The position numbers and the translations under genes are program-made. From the NCBI GenBank assembly GCA_037379345.1, contig CM074514.1:29698001-29762000 (forward strand): a stretch of DNA of 64,000 nucleotides, in the 5' to 3' direction. The stretch comes from Perna viridis. Taxonomy: Eukaryota. This document shows, piece after piece, positions 12,560 through 23,600 of the stretch (position 1 is its first letter; the number at the start of each line of letters is the position of its first letter). The notes beneath the pieces are model-generated. The model was not told the DNA's origin. It was given only the letters and a program-made list of their open reading frames with translations, and searched no databases.

Positions 12560-15500
12560 TTCTTTCCTACAAAGGGAGTATCTCCGTGATCTTAATTTTT
12601 CTTCAATACACTTCCGATGCCTCCGCTATAATATGTTGTACTGACCAATGGGAAGGGCGCATATTCTTAGATGATTCTCAGATAGCGTTTCTTATTAATT
12701 CAAATGCCTCAGCTGAGGTCTCATATGACTATACTAATTCTAGAGCTTTCATCAATGCTAGCTACGCTCAGCGAAGTCTATATTTACAACCACATGTACA
12801 GCGTGAACATGTCGTGTACATTGAAGACTACAAAAACGTGTTAAACATTCAAGAACCCGTTCTATTAGTGATTTTGTGTGTATAAAATTGTTATGTCGTT
12901 ATGATTCCTCTGCTCAAAAAGGGTGGGGTACTCAAATATTTTGGCAAAGCATAGGCAAGGACTTTTTTGTTCATCTTTTAAATTTTAGTTTTTTTGGGGG
13001 GTTTCGAAAAAAAAATCTAGTTAACATTTGGGGTGTAAAAAATATTTATTAATTTAAAAGATATTTTGGGGTAACTTAATATTTTTGATACTTTTAGAGG
13101 GTTAAAAATTGTATTCGTATTTATATAATAAAACTTGTTGGTATTTCAAACCAAAACCTTTCAGTTTGGATATACCTGTATCAAGTCAGGACCATTGTGG
13201 TTTCTTCAACTTTCCACTTTTTTACCCCGATATTGTAATTTGTTATACGAAATTTCCTTTTAGATTATTCCTTTTGACTCAAGCCTAGATTTTATCATTT
13301 CGATAATTTTGTTATCCCCTTCATTTCCTGATTTCAATTGAACAGCTGATACCTATCATAGTATTAATGTTTTCTGAGACATTAGGTATAAATGCTCTAT
13401 GCAACCTTTTTCGATATTTTTGGTTTTGAGTACTTCTTGTTTATAATTAGATCTTCCTATATATTTGGTTCAAATGCTGCTGATAAGAGATTATTCATTG
13501 AAATGCGCGTACAGCATATCGAAATTTGCAAAATATGTGACTGGTATTTCTGTATTTAATAACCGCTGGATCGATGCCACTGCTGATGGACTCATGACCC
13601 CCTAGGTTATTCGCCAACCCGATAGTAAGATTTGTCTGTCCCTGAAATATATTTTATCTATCATATTTATTTTCAAAATACCAAAACCATTGAAGCTTAC
13701 TATTTCGACAGTTGAAGTTTTGAGCACTACTTGTATACAATTAAGTTTTGGTTTTAGATCTTGTACATTTGATCTTAAAGCTGCTTTGTGAGCTTATTCC
13801 TTAAAACACGTATACAGCATATCGAAATTTGCACTACAGTGTATATATGATTGGTATCTTTTTAATTTATAATGAATATGTGTGATATCTATCCTTGAAA
13901 AGAACAGTTGATATTTTCCCGTATGTTTTTTCATTTAATAGTTTTATTTATAATCCTAAACATTTGTAGGGTATTGTGAATTTTTACACGCCAAGACTTG
14001 GTCATTGCCATATAATTGTTACGCCAATAAGCAATGATATAATGTATTCTACACTTATATGTACTATGATACACCTATTGCTATTACTACAGACGGTGAC
14101 AAACTTCTATACAAAGGGCCTGTAGGACATGGTATTCAAACAATCACATATAACACGTCCCTTGGTGACTCTTACTCTAATGCCAGGGCAACTATTCAGA
14201 AAGGTAACTATTTCAAAAAAAAAAACACCAACCTCTGCTACACACATCTTAATAAAAAACAAGACCTAACTCAAAGCTTCTTCGATATCAAACAACCAAA
14301 AAAAAAAAAAAATCCACAACTTAATATCAGATCGTAGTCATAAACAAGAATAACTATGAGCAAAGCCAAGAATAATAAATAGTGTTTAACTACTATTATC
14401 TATATAATAAAAGGATATCCTTAATTCCTGTACCCAAAAAGTTTTAATAAGTTATTCATTTCAAAAGTGTAAAAAGCAGCATACATCATACAAAATAGGT
14501 GAGTCCTGTCAACCATCTTAATAAATGACAAATTCATATGACAATTGAGACCTCTGATTCCTTCAGATCAAAACTAAAATAACTTTTTTTATCATTCCAT
14601 GAAAATCGATTTAGCGTTTAGGGAGAAGTTGATGTTACAGAATTAATACTGTTACCAACCATTTAAGTTATTCCTATAGTCAATGTCAAGCTTTAAGTAG
14701 CTGTCTTTGTAAGAATCATGCAAAATCTGCAAAATGTGATACACCGCCAAAAATGCTACATATTTTAATTTTTGTAATTACGTTGTTATATGGGTCTATA
14801 CTATGAAATGTGTAATTATTCATTCAAATCTGCCTGTTCATAGGAGATCATCAACTTCGAAAATCCAGTAGATTCTATTGTATTTCAGCGCCATTTGCAC
14901 AGTTATCTCCATTAATTTTGAAATCTACCGTGCAATCTATATTACTTTTATCTCCTAAGAGCACAGGTTATATGAAAACCCACATGTTAATTTCTGTTTA
15001 CAATGACATTTCAAACAAAATATCAAAAGTAAAAATATCTAGGTCTTAACCCACGAATCACATTTTGCATGATCCTTAGCTGGAGTGCTACTTTAAAACA
15101 CCAAATTCATTAATTCATGATTGTGTTTGATTTGCTTTGTTTGTTTATCATATACATGTTTTAGATACATGCTTGCCGGTTCAGGCGATCTACATTGACA
15201 CACAAAATTTGGGATCTATAGTCAAACTTGATGCTTACAACGTAATACCTGGCATAAAAGATTACAATGTTTTCAACATTCCACCTCAATGTAAACATTT
15301 AAAAAATGTATAGGCCCGGCACAAACGAAGAGGGTGAGTTTGTTTCATACCTGAACCGCACGGTGATAAAAGGATATGCAAATATGCAAACAACAGCATT
15401 GATATATAAACTTCGAAAAAGAAAATTACTAGTTGAATGCATATCAAATTTACACGGGATTAAGTAAAAAGAAAACATGGTATGTGATAATTTAAATGTG

Positions 15501-15910
15501 ATGCTCGACTCTGCTTAAATTGGAATAACTTGCTACTAACAATCAGTATATAAAATGCCTTAGTATGATCCATATGTTTTTTTGCAATAGCCGGGCAAAA
15601 TCTCATATATCATAACATTTCCAAAAATAATCAAAGAATACCATACAGCTAGAAATTCAAACCATCGTCCAAATGTTGAAGACTCGACTGCCTGAATTTT
15701 AATGATTAGAGAGAAAAAATACTAAGTACCGGTATCTGATAAGTATGCATTTTATAGTTATAAAAATGAAACTGCTTTTAATTCGTTGATCTATTATAGT
15801 ATTACAATTTAACAGATAGCCAAAATTACTTATTATTTCAGGACACGGACCCAATTAGATCGAGAATTAGAGATGTTATCCTGAAAAAGTTTATACGCAG
15901 ACTGAACTAG
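12560..15910 (+). pseudogene. Ependymin-related protein pseudogene (tandem paralogue of 20686-25944)
   Basis: Exon 1 to 12837 (CCTDQWEG; no ATG at the position used by the paralogue), exon 3 14093-14203, exon 4 15165-15333 (early TAG 15311-15313), exon 5 15842-15910. No homologue of exon 2 (NVEYEVDNFKDC...) found between 12838 and 14092, which breaks the frame. Confidence 0.8.
13415..13870 (+). mobile_element. Tandem degenerate type I hammerhead retrozyme-like repeat (two ribozyme-like motifs ~305 bp apart)
   Basis: 13474-13517: stem I atgctg/cagcat, core ctgataa, stem II region, gaaa, short stem III tgcgcg, ta cleavage site; second more decayed motif ~13779-13820. Confidence 0.65.
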
Positions 15911-16010
15911 GCATACATGGCGATGGTTTATATACAAAGCTTTAAACATTTTAAAAATATTGGTATTACATTCATTTAACTTGTGTATTTTAAAACGTTC
16001 ATATACGTTC

Positions 16011-16498
16011 ACATTATCTTCCCTGTATCAATTTGATCCGATGGAGCAGTGTAGCGAATAGAGTCGTCACATTCTGAGACGTTTGTATATTATTGATTTG
16101 TTGTGACATGCATCATTAATTTGATCCTCTATCCTACATAATAACACCTAAATGAACTGTCCCGTATTACCATACATCGTGTAAGTTACAGCCCAAGATT
16201 AATCCTACGAGGAGGAATGACTCGGCCAGCGAAAGCTATATTTTTTTATAGCATAGCTGGCCAAGTGGTCTAGGGCGCTGGACTTTGTGCAGGCGGTGTT
16301 GCCATAGATGTCACCGCGGTACGAGTTCGAGTCCCGCGGAGGGAACGACCAAAAATTTGCATCGCAAATTTGACAGTTCTAACATCGTTGGGAATTTTTC
16401 AGACCTTTCCATACTTTTACATTATCTTCCCTGTATCAATTTGATCCAATGGAGCAGTGTAGCGAATAGAGTCGTCACATTCTGAGACGTTTGTATAT
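16011..16498 (+). repeat. 80-bp direct repeats (16011-16090 and 16419-16498) bracketing a tRNA-related element
   Basis: acattatcttccctgtatc...gagacgtttgtatat occurs twice with a single mismatch (ccgat/ccaat). Confidence 0.9.
16251..16395 (+). mobile_element. tRNA-derived SINE-like element (Pol III A and B boxes)
   Basis: A box tagctggccaagtgg, B box gagttcgagtccc, long variable-arm-like stem ggtgtt...gtcacc; the acceptor stem does not pair, so not a functional tRNA. Confidence 0.65.
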
Positions 16499-19279
16499 AT
16501 ATATTGAATGTACTTAATATGTTTTAAACATGTAAAGCGCTTACAATAATTGTACTATTAGATAATGAGCTATACAAATATTGAGTAATGATAATACAAA
16601 TCATTTGATTTTTCATCAAAAGCCTCAACATGCTGACCGGTTATTACTGTATGTAATGTTATTGTAACTTATAGTTTGAGATTATATATTGTATAATTAT
16701 CTGGTATATTAAGTTGCACTTTAAAATAAAAATATCTATCTATTTATAATGATACATGAACTTGATTTTTAATCTTTTGCTCATACTGATCCTCAAACAT
16801 ATATACTGTCACCTAGGATATAACTTGGCAACCTGGCTTCCATGTAGTTGATGTTTTTGATACAAGAAGCAATCCCCACCGAAAGAAGAAAGATTTTAAT
16901 GAATATCCTTGAAATATCTTTAAAATAACATCTGACATATTCTAGCAGGAATTAAACTAGAAGAAATTTTTATCATACCAAAATTTTACACTAAAATTAT
17001 CAGGGGGTTCCTAGGGTTGATGTCACCTTTTTGGGAAAAAAATGTTAATTTCGAGCTAATCTGGGCCAAATAATAGCCTAGAAACCCCATTTTACTGTAA
17101 CCTCTCTAAAACTCCACTTTACAAAGTATCTGGATCCACCCCTGATAATTATAAAAATGGCGAAATTCGAAACCGTTGAAATCGCTTGTTCATTGTTTAA
17201 TTTTATTGCCCAGTAGAAGCTGCCAGCAGTAGAAACTACTTTTCTACACCATAATTGTCAAACGAGAGAAATGATCGTAAACATTTCGATATTATGTGTC
17301 AAGTATTGCAGCTTGATCGTAAAAGACGTAAAGAGTCGTGAACAGAATCTATCGAAGGGTCACATGGGAGGGCAGTTTAATTTTACCAATATTGGATTTT
17401 AAGTTGTTATTAAAGTAAAATGTCTGTCAAAACGATTTTATATACACAATATTACCCAAATGATATCCAAGGTGCAGAAAAGCACAGATTTCACAGAAAA
17501 AAAATACATCGTAATAAGATTATTTATTAATTAGTAATTTATAAAATGACTGAAAGGAAAGTTAAGAATATCATGTTAAGTTATAGGCCCAACTTACATC
17601 AGAAACTACTAACGATAACTTGATAGATACTTCTTTCCACGACAATTAAGAGACGGCAAAGTTTAAATAAAAACAGAATACAGAGGGCTATTTCAATTCT
17701 GAACATACAGGAATTGAAAGTTCCAAGTCACAAATATGCAACTATTGAGACCGTATGCATTGATTTATTATTATCTTTTATTATTTACAAAAGAAAGTCA
17801 TAATATCATAAATTAGTTTTGTTTGTTTAATTTGTCTATTTTAAGATTCTGACCTTTTTTCACATTACATATATAATATGAGATGTGGTATGGTTCCAAA
17901 GTCATACATCGAAGCAAACAATTAAACTTCTACAGGTCACCATACGGTCTTCAATGATCGGCAAAACCCATATCACAAAGTAAACTATAAAAGTCCCGAA
18001 AATAAATGATGTAAAACTATACATAAAAGACGAAATTCGACCTAATCTACAGAAAAAAACGTAAAACATGTTCACCTCAGTGTCAAGATATGTGGACTGT
18101 TGAATGTACGAGTGCGTAATATATCTTGTAGTGGAATTAATGTAATGTAGTAGAGAAGGCGTTAAAAGTCTAATTACTTGTGCTTAAGCATCCAATTGTC
18201 TATGTTGCATTGACTATGGAATATGTTTAAACAGAAACCTAAAAGCAAATATATCTTTTGTAGTTGCAGATTTAAATAATTGAATGGTTCCCGATTAAAA
18301 AAAATCTTTACTGCCTTCTCAAGATCATTTTGGGTTAATATTATTCGGTCGGTTTTTACATATTTATACAATAAAAAAACAAATATGATTTAATGCTAAT
18401 CTCGATAAGAAATGAAATTTCTTTTGAAATTACATTTTCAATGTTGGCGAAATTGGGGAAAACGATAGAAATCTTGTCTGGCGAAGTATTGCCTTTTGTA
18501 TTTTCTGACAAACAACATAATCAATAGTGTATTATTCCATATCCTTTGTAAATGGTAACCACTTTGACCGACATTCTGGTTTTGTTTTTGTTTTTGTTGT
18601 AAAAGCTGCCGTTTTGCTGTGAATGTCGAAAAAGTGACAAAAATGAGCAAGGAAACACCTAATTAGTGATTCATGATCCTCCACATCCTCCATTAACGAT
18701 CAAGCTTAATTAAGATTAATACGTAACATATACTTTCAACCCGCTTGTCCCGCTTGAAAGTGTGACAGGGGTGGTATATGTATTATTCTTTTTAGTACCA
18801 GTCCGCATAAAATTCAGACACTGCCAATGGTAAAGTGATTCATGGTGAAGAAAAACCCACCAAACGAATGATGCTTTTCAGTCGACATATGCTATACTTT
18901 CACAGAACAATAACCATTTCTGCATTCAGGTCTGCACTTTTAAGAAAATCATACATACATCTCCCACTGAAATCAACCAAATGAAGCCAAATTAAGAACG
19001 ATAACTCTTCGGAAGTGCAACTTTCATGTACAATCTACATGATTTTTATCTCAAAAGCGCAACAACCTATGTGATCATAAATTGTTTCTGAACAAGAAAT
19101 AAGACTGAATTCGGTGGGTTTTTAACATGCATGAATCACTTTCTGTCTGATTTTTAGAAAGACTGATACTTAAATAAACAAACCAGATCACTTCCTTGTG
19201 GTTAGAGAAGAACAGTCAAACATCTTTAAATTACAATAAACATTAATTTTAATTATACTTAAAAACAAAGGGAATAGGG

Positions 19280-20170
19280 ATAAGAAGGAAAGAATAATGA
19301 GTAATCAAGGGAACCAAGATGCTAGCGGAAATAAAAAAATGTATTCTAGGGACAAAGACTCGATATGGGAAACAAACACACATAACAAAGAACATAAAAC
19401 AACCAAGATAATAAAAACAAAGTAACAAAAGTAAATGAGCAATTTGGACACCACTAAAAACCGGGAGCATAAACCATGAGCACCGGCACCGGCAGGGTAA
19501 GCATTTTCTGCTTTTCTAGAAACACTCGCCGATTTGCTCATTAGAAGTTCCCATAGACGAAAGAGGAGAAGTAAACAATGAAATGTCTAACAAATCAGTT
19601 TTCATGGTGCAAATGGATACACCTTAGCGTTCCACGAGTTCATGATGACGGCCATATAGTGATGACTTCAATCGTGTAGCAACATAACCCTGTTCCAAAA
19701 GCCTAATTGTAAGAGGTCTAGCGCGATACAAAAAGTCTGGCATAACGTATGAGTTGTGAAATGAAAATTCCATACGCAGGTGCTGAAGGGATATTACCGG
19801 AGATAAATGGAAAGTTGACAATACGGAATGAAAAGTCATCGCGTTTGTCTTAAAGTTTGGTCAATAGTTTTCCTTTATAATCGGTCTCTAAGTGTGGGTC
19901 ATCAATATGCGGCTGACTTCCTATTGTCTGTAGTATCCTTAATTTTAAGTTCTTTGGGATAGATGCGATGTATCAAATCCCCAAAACTAGGATTGCCTAA
20001 CGATAATACGTCATCTGTATAGCGTAAACTGAGATTAAAAAATCTAGCTAAACGATGTTCCTTTTGTTTCAGATCAGCTATAAAGTCAGCCTCATGAGAG
20101 TGAAGTACATGTAATAGGTCAGCAAATAAAGGAGCAAAATTTGTTCCCTTTAGAATGCCGACCATTTGTT
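19280..20170 (-). mobile_element. Penelope-like element (Naiad-type) RT fragment plus 3' module
   Basis: Minus-strand GTNFAPLFADL...RYTDDVLSL...IYPKELKIKDTTD and LLEQGYVATRLKSSLYGRHHELV; frameshifted. Confidence 0.85.
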
Positions 20171-20179
20171 GACCTCTAT

Positions 20180-20350
20180 GGTACCTGACTCATTCCGTGC
20201 TTCATTGTTTAATGTCATAAATTATACCATTGTTCATTTTCTCTATCTTTGGTACATGAATCATACCATCGTTCATTTTTAATTTCTGGTACATGAATTA
20301 TACTGTGGTACATTTTTTTAATCTCTGGAATGTTTATCATACCATGGTTC
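20180..20350. repeat. Degenerate ~35-40-bp tandem repeat
   Basis: Recurring tggtacatgaat(c/t)ataccat.gttcatttt units. Confidence 0.6.
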
Positions 20351-20685
20351 CTTTGGACGTTTTCATTTAAAGATCAAGTATAAAATGTTGATATTTATTA
20401 TTGCGTACTTCATATTGCAGTGGTTAGTATTTTCTTATTCGTTAATTTCATGTCAAATTTGGGCATAAATGAGGAAATAATAGCCTTGCTCTCCATTATC
20501 AGACTCTGTATCCGCCCTTGTATCACATTTAAACAGTGTGTTTTGAGTTCGGTAATTTGAACTGCATTATAGGTGTTATCACGTTGTTACAAATATATCT
20601 AGATACTGCTGATCTATTTAAATAAATACTGTCTATAGTCATCAATAAATCATATACCTTGCAAGATTAGTGTTAACCAGACAAT

Positions 20686-23600
20686 ATGTTATTCTTCACC
20701 TTTGTAATTTTTATTCTTCAAAGCAGATCTGTTACCTCAGCTACAATATGCTGCACTCCTGACCAGTGGGAAGGACGCATTTTCTTAGACGATTCTCAGA
20801 TAGCGTTTTTTATTCATGTTAATGCAACAGCGGAAGTATCATACGACTATGTAAATTCTAGAGCTTTCATCAATGCTAGCTACGTTCAGAGAAGTCTGTA
20901 TTTACAACCACATGTACAGCGTGAGCATGTCATGTACATTGAAGACTACAAAAACGTGAGTAAAACCAACAAGAAATCTTCTATTAGTGATTTTATTTTT
21001 GTAATAAAAAGTTAACTATGATTCCTGAGTAGCCCCAGATGTTCCTATGCATCTCTCAAGGTGAATCTTGAAATTTTGAAAGAACTTCTTGAAAATGTAA
21101 ATGCTAGATTATTTCCGAAATCCCGCCTTAATAGCAGCATATTAAACGCATTGTTGTTATTCTAAGAAAGATGGAACAATTAGATACAAATATGTTGTAC
21201 TATGCAGAGATTCTTCAAACTAGAGGTTGTTGTATACATCCTATTTGTCCAGTGTAATGGACATATTTTTTTGCAGACGATCGACATTCCAAAAGGAAAT
21301 AAATTGAGCTCCGCTATTCGCTGACCAATACCTTCTCTTTTATAAGACTGTTTTTATAGCTAATCTTAAGAAGAAACAACATTAAGCCGGATTTCATTTT
21401 CCGCTATAAAGATGGCGTTTTGTTTTTTTAAACAATCTTAGATTCGGGATTTGATGTATCGATCTATCCCCCAAGGACATGAGATAAAGAGTACAACATA
21501 CACTATGAAGTCATACATATATCTTGACCTACTCTAAGAGGTCGATGGAAAAGGAAAACTCATTACCAAACTGTACGACACACACTTCTTATTCCGTATT
21601 GTCAAATTTCCTTTTATCTGTGGCAACTTACCATCAGCATCTGCGTAAGAAGTTTTCATATCATAACCCATACATTATGCCAGAGCTTGCCAAAACTATG
21701 CTTACTTTTTGTGCTATGCTTGACATCTTACATTTAGCCCTTTGGAACAAGGTAATGTTGGAACATGATGTAGAAATAGAATTTTTTATGGAATAACTCC
21801 ATATTTAGACGCTTGCTCCCTACACTAAGTCACCAATACCCCAAAGTATCAACTGTAATACTACTAAACAGAAAACACTGAATTACACAGTTTTAAATAG
21901 AAACATTTTCCAGGGGTTTTGACATTGAAAAATGTAACAATTTAATCGTTTTTTTTAATGGGGTAGGTAAATTTTGTGCATTTAACTAAAAAAAAACCTG
22001 TACAATAGTCATAAAAATCTAGGCTTTTTGACCAAGTGAGATACAAATGTAGGCTTATACTGCAAATAATTCGGGATTATTTTTTGTGGACAAATTGCTT
22101 TGTAAATGGGAGGTATAAGGAAACCTAACAGTCATCCTGAAGTTGATGATTGCCGAGGGGACGTTAGACCCTCATAGCAAACGTGCTACTTATATTTCTG
22201 TAGGGCTTGCCTACAACGCTTTGTATTACGGTAAAATATGGCGGGCAACCAATAACCAAGTACAATTATTGTAAAGTATTTACAGGAAAGATTTAAAAGT
22301 TTGGGTAGGAAATAATTAATATTTACTATATTGATAGACTTTCCGTTGATCCTTTTGTGGTTTCGAGTTCCTATAATAAGCAACATGAGTTAAACATGTA
22401 TCTTAAAATATTTAAGGCAATATCAACCAATGAATAAAGAACACATGTTCTCAAAAATTGTGACCGGTAATATTCATACTCATGAAGTCGCTCCAACGTA
22501 CCACCTGCATTTACCCCCTTTTTGTGACATCAAAATTTTCTTATTACATGTATATATACAATTTTAAATTCAGAACGTTGAATATGAAGTTGATAACTTT
22601 AAAGACTGCCAGAAAGCATGGATGGATTTTAATATGACCAAGCAATGTATTAATGGTAGGTATCATTAAAGAAAAACTTTCAGAGGTTCCGTATGGTAAT
22701 AACAATTATGATATATATATTAATAATAAGTGTAACAAAACATGATAATATAGACATGTTTCATTGGTATGCTAAAATTAAATAGTTGTTAAGGTACTTT
22801 TGAATCCAAGCAATTCGAAACATGTTTGACAGGCATACGACGGACATCTATATACGCTGAATATAATTTTTAAAACATATGCGATCCATCCTTCCATCCC
22901 TATGAAGATTACAAGCAATACTAGGATGTATTTGACACTTAGCTGTACTGTAATACACCTATTTCTATTACTACAGACGGTGATAAGTTTCTATACAAAG
23001 GGCCTGTAGGACATGGTATTCAAACAATCACATACAACACTTCTATTGGTGACTCTTACTCTAATGTCAGGGCAACTATTCAGAAAGGTAACTATTTCAA
23101 GTTCATAAAACCACCCACTACATAAAAAAGAACCATTCCGACACTGACGCCACTTAAAATACAAACAAAAAGCAAAATAAATCTTCAATCAGTCATGACG
23201 TAGTTATTGACTACAACGAACAATGGATTATTCCTTGGAAACCAGATCATACAGAAACAGAATTAGTATCTCATTGGAGTCAAAGGCAAAATACCAGTAA
23301 ACTTTGGGCAAATTCCAAATTCATTTAGATCAAAAATTAGAATGGAATGTGCAAAATGTTAGTACCTAATCCTCATGCCCAGAAAATGCTGAATGAGGAT
23401 ACTAGTTCCGGATACAAATTTGGCATCGGACCATCTTAGATAATAACTCGCTCGAATAAAATATCTGTAGTTATATTTAACGTCTTGGTGGATTTACATC
23501 CCATCGAACTTGTATCCTACCGGAAGTTACTCACTTGCAATGTGACAGGTGTAGCTGGCGATGGTTTAATATTTATTTGAGCTCATACTGCAAGTGATTT

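Noticed and set aside
13970-14030. Alternative exon 2 for EPDR copy 1 (GIVNFYTPRLGHC...)
   Set aside because: No similarity to the true exon 2 at 22574-22655, and only a weak donor.
16251-16345. Functional tRNA gene
   Set aside because: Acceptor stem and anticodon arm do not fold properly; fits a SINE head.
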